From the IMG/VR virus record IMGVR_UViG_2778261179_000015, positions 1 to 9,054 of that record: a DNA stretch of 9,054 nucleotides, one strand, 5' to 3'. The notes beneath the pieces are model-generated. The model was not told the DNA's origin, ran no database searches, and saw only the letters and a program-made list of their open reading frames with translations. Of the stretch, positions 6,518 to 9,054 are shown piece by piece (position 1 is the first letter of the stretch; each line of letters starts with the position of its first letter). The translations under genes and the position numbers were made by a program. The stretch is from a virus. Lineage: Duplodnaviria; Heunggongvirae; Uroviricota; Caudoviricetes.

Positions 6518-7564
6518 ATGAGTATGGTTGACTTATATTCGCCTACACAGCTTGTGCAGGTGGCTAATGCTGAAGATGTGCAAAAAAAATTAAATGCGTT
6601 GTTTACCAGTTTGTTTTTCACTCGCTCGGTAATGTTTGAATCGAGAGACATTATTCTTGATACGATCGACGATCCAAATATCCCGATCGCGGCGTTTTGC
6701 TCTCCTATGGTGGGCAGTAAAGTTTCACGAGATGAGGGATACGAATCAAAAACAATTCGTCCAGGTTATATGAAGCCGAAAAGCAGCATTGATCCAAATA
6801 AGTTAGCTGTGCGCCCTGCTGGTGTGTCACCTGAGCAATACAATGCTTTTGGGGCGCGTAATATTAAAGTTAAACAGGCGATTGTAAATCAGGCTAAAGC
6901 TATTCGTGCACGTATTGAATGGCTTGCTGTTCAGGCAATCACAACGGGGAAAAATATCATTGAGGGCGATGGTATTGAACGTTATGAGCTGGACTGGAAT
7001 ATAAAACCACAAAATATCATCACTCAGTCTGGCGGTACTGAGTGGTCAGGTAAGGATAAAGAAACTTTTGATCCAAATGATGATATTGAGAGCTACGCAG
7101 AATTTAGTGAGGGCGTCACTAATATCATCATTATGGGTGGTAATGTATGGAAGAAATACCGTTCATTCAGAGCGATAAAAGAGGCTTTGGATACCCGTCG
7201 TGGTTCTAATTCCGAACTGGAAACGGCCCTTAAAGACCTTGGTGATTCGGTGAGTTTTAAAGGGTATATGGGCGATGTTGCGATTGTTGTTTACAGCGGG
7301 CGTTATACCGACGAGGACGGAACAGAAAAACATTTCCTTGATCCTGATTTGATGGTGCTTGGCAATACGGCTCTTCAGGGGATTGTCGCCTATGGCGGTA
7401 TTCAGGATCCGGAGCTAATCCGAATGGGGCTGACTAAAGCCGAACTTGCACCGAAAAACTATATTGTGCCTGGTGATCCGGCTATTGAATATGTGCAGAC
7501 ACATTCAGCACCACAGCCAATACCGGCCCGCATCAATCGTTTTGTTACCGTTCGCATTGGCTAA
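6518..7564 (+). CDS. Major capsid protein, phage lambda gpE-like (HK97-fold family)
   Basis: About 348 aa from MSMVDLYSPTQLVQ, which parallels the lambda gpE N-terminus MSMYTT. SD AAGAGG is immediately upstream. Extended similarity to recalled lambda gpE includes ITQSGGTEWS, KEALDTRRGSNSELETALKDLG and GDVAIVVYSG. The ORF track starts earlier at 6437, probably upstream of the true start. Confidence 0.85.
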   Translation: MSMVDLYSPTQLVQVANAEDVQKKLNALFTSLFFTRSVMFESRDIILDTIDDPNIPIAAFCSPMVGSKVSRDEGYESKTIRPGYMKPKSSIDPNKLAVRPAGVSPEQYNAFGARNIKVKQAIVNQAKAIRARIEWLAVQAITTGKNIIEGDGIERYELDWNIKPQNIITQSGGTEWSGKDKETFDPNDDIESYAEFSEGVTNIIIMGGNVWKKYRSFRAIKEALDTRRGSNSELETALKDLGDSVSFKGYMGDVAIVVYSGRYTDEDGTEKHFLDPDLMVLGNTALQGIVAYGGIQDPELIRMGLTKAELAPKNYIVPGDPAIEYVQTHSAPQPIPARINRFVTVRIG

Positions 7565-7573
7565 GGGGGAGCA

Positions 7574-7915
7574 ATGGCTACTCATTACACTGAACTCATG
7601 GCTGGCACTGAAGCACTGGTGACTACGCTGGGGATATTTTCAGCTAATAAAGGGGTAATTCCTGCATTTACGCCACTGATGCAGGAAGATGCAACAGGTG
7701 CACTGGTGGTATGGGATGGTTCGAGCGTAGGTAAAGCGGTTTATGTTTCCGCTGTACAAATCGACACAGCGAAAAAAACACAGGCACAGGTTTATAAGAC
7801 AGGTGTTTTAAATGTTGATGCTCTGAACTGGCCTGAGTCTGTAAAAGAACTGTCGGCAAAGGTTGCCGCGTTTGTTGGCTCAGGTATTTCTGTTCAGCCG
7901 CTGGCTCGTGTGTAA
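7574..7915 (+). CDS. Head decoration protein, phage lambda gpD-like
   Basis: 113 aa. The segment TPLMQEDATGALVVWDGSSVGKAVYVSAVQIDTAKKTQAQVYKTGVLNVDALNWPE parallels recalled lambda gpD (TPLMLDTSSRKLVAWDG...FYKSG...LWPE). SD AGGGGGA upstream; lies 10 nt after the capsid gene stop. Confidence 0.8.
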   Translation: MATHYTELMAGTEALVTTLGIFSANKGVIPAFTPLMQEDATGALVVWDGSSVGKAVYVSAVQIDTAKKTQAQVYKTGVLNVDALNWPESVKELSAKVAAFVGSGISVQPLARV

Positions 7916-7926
7916 AGGGGGATACA

Positions 7927-8310
7927 ATGCAGAATCATTACAATGACCTTAAGCCAATTGCCGAAATGATGTATCCGGATCCAGCAGTAGAGGAATTAAA
8001 GGCTATTGCTGACAAAATGCGTTTAAGTGAACGCCTTGTTGATATGAATCAGGTGATGGAACTTACTACCCTTAGCCGTCGCACATTGCTAAACCTTGAG
8101 GCTCGCGGAGAGTTCCCCGAACGCGTACAGGTTACGGAAGGGCGTAAGGCCTGGTATTTAAGTGAAGTGATCGACTGGATAAACAATATTCCTCGATCTT
8201 CTGAATATTGCCGCGTACCTGTCCCAAAAAAGCCAGATGCGGCGCTATGCCTCAAGATTGAGCGTGTACGTCGCAATGCACGGGATGGTCGCTATAAGTT
8301 GATTGGTTGA
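7927..8310 (+). CDS. AlpA-type HTH domain protein (127 aa) with N- and C-terminal extensions; putative regulator or DNA-specificity factor
   Basis: The central segment MNQVMELTTLSRRTLLNLEARGEFPERVQVTEGRKAWYLSEVIDWINN matches the AlpA/excisionase-type HTH pattern and resembles the alpA product at 1661-1870. SD GGGGG 5 nt upstream. The gene ends about 25 bp before the cos core. Confidence 0.7.
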   Translation: MQNHYNDLKPIAEMMYPDPAVEELKAIADKMRLSERLVDMNQVMELTTLSRRTLLNLEARGEFPERVQVTEGRKAWYLSEVIDWINNIPRSSEYCRVPVPKKPDAALCLKIERVRRNARDGRYKLIG

Positions 8311-8335
8311 TGAAATTAGGGCCCGTTCTGGCTGG

Positions 8336-8400
8336 CGGGTCCTTTCCGGCGATCCGGTAGGCTACGGGGCGGCGACCTCGCGGGTTTTCGCTATTTATGA
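8336..8400. other. Lambda-type cohesive end site (cosQ-cosN), with the 12-nt cohesive-end sequence GGGCGGCGACCT at 8367-8378
   Basis: Window 8336-8366 (CGGGTCCTTTCCGGCGATCCGGTAGGCTACG) matches the recalled right end of the lambda genome (CGGGTCCTTTCCGGTGATCCGACAGGTTACG) with 4 mismatches. Window 8367-8400 (GGGCGGCGACCTCGCGGGTTTTCGCTATTTATGA) matches the first 34 nt of the lambda genome exactly. Similarity is lost downstream of 8400, in the presumptive cosB (8401-8500). Confidence 0.85.
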
Positions 8401-8511
8401 GCCTTTTTCGGGTGCTGGTGGTGGTTTTGTTGTTCGCTCTATCTCTATGAATAAAAAGGAAAAGATAAAGCCAATACACCAACCTGAAACATTACTTAAG
8501 TGGGGATATTG

Positions 8512-9054
8512 ATGAAATCGCACCTGATGAACAAAAAAAACATGGCGCAAAGCTGCCGTGTAAGTGCGACAGCGTTCGACAAGTGGGGAGTGACTCCCGT
8601 TGAACGTAAAGGCCGCGAGGCGTTTTATGATGTTGCCAGCGTAATAGACAATCGGGTTAGCAATGCAATTAACCAGATTACAGACGACAAAGGCGAGATT
8701 GATAATGATGAGCTTTTGCGAGTCAGGATCAGATTGCTGACAGCGCAGGCGGAGGCGCAGGAGCTTAAAAACGAGCGCGAACGCGGCGATGTGATTAGTA
8801 CGGAATTTTGTATATATGCGCTTTCAAAACTGGCGAGTCAGATTTCTTCAATCATGGGCAGCCTGCCGCTTACTATGCAAAGGAGCTTCCCACAGATGAC
8901 CCCCGCCATGCTGGATGGCCTGAAAAAAGAAGTTGTCAGAGCCTGTAACGCATGCACAAAACTTGATGAAAACATCCCGCGAATGCTGTCCGATTATCTG
9001 ATGGAAACTACCGGAAATGTGCCTGATAAGTTTCAGCCGGATAAAGACAAGTAA
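8512..9054 (+). CDS. terS: Terminase small subunit, phage lambda Nu1-like
   Basis: About 180 aa from the ATG at 8512, with SD GGGGA upstream. Alternative starts exist at 8527 and 8542, and the ORF track begins at a GTG at 8500. The C-terminal two thirds (RLLTAQAEAQELKNERERGDVISTEFCIYALSKLASQISSIMGSLPLTMQRSFP...LDENIPRMLSDYLMETTG) parallels recalled lambda Nu1 (RLTRAQADAQELKNARDSAEVVETAFCTFVLSRIAGEIASILDGLPLSVQRRFP...LDELIPGLLSEYIEQSG). The N-terminal DNA-binding region is more diverged. The gene lies immediately downstream of cos, as in lambda. Confidence 0.85.
   Translation: MKSHLMNKKNMAQSCRVSATAFDKWGVTPVERKGREAFYDVASVIDNRVSNAINQITDDKGEIDNDELLRVRIRLLTAQAEAQELKNERERGDVISTEFCIYALSKLASQISSIMGSLPLTMQRSFPQMTPAMLDGLKKEVVRACNACTKLDENIPRMLSDYLMETTGNVPDKFQPDKDK

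Noticed and set aside
5585-6651. Minus-strand ORFs (62-123 aa) overlapping the 80-aa gene, ssb and the capsid gene start
   Set aside because: They overlap better-supported + strand genes and show no start-site signals or recognisable sequence features.
8303-8512. 69-aa + strand ORF spanning the cos site
   Set aside because: It overlaps DNA that matches the lambda cos ends almost base for base, so the conservation is explained at the DNA level. The translation is Gly-rich and featureless.
6437-9054. Capsid/cos/terS module considered as a fragment of an ordinary lambdoid prophage
   Set aside because: The gene order (E, D, AlpA-like, cos, Nu1) does not match lambdoid late operons, where cos and Nu1 are followed by A, W, B, C, Nu3, D, E and preceded by lysis genes. 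The module is contiguous with satellite-type replication and integration genes.

Overview
The window reads as most of an integrated phage satellite (PICI-like, P4-type integrase) from an enterobacterial genome, with genes almost all on the + strand. In order: tyrosine integrase (1-1239), AlpA-family regulator (1661-1870), a small Arc-like ribbon-helix-helix repressor on the minus strand (2012-2185, absent from the ORF track) with twin palindromic operators, three small coupled ORFs, a 707-aa P-loop replication initiator (3141-5264), an iteron-rich origin (5288-5602), an 80-aa ORF plus an SSB homolog, then a morphogenesis/packaging module. That module holds a full-length lambda E-like major capsid protein, a lambda D-like decoration protein, a 127-aa AlpA-HTH protein, a cos site whose cosQ-cosN core is nearly identical to phage lambda, and a Nu1-like small terminase. 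The most interesting signal is this combination: a satellite that carries lambda's cohesive-end site and its own lambda-type capsid and TerS genes in a non-lambdoid gene order. All homology calls come from reading the translations and from recalled lambda sequence; no database search was run. The window starts at the integrase ATG and ends at the terS stop, so att sites and any downstream terL/portal/protease genes cannot be assessed.
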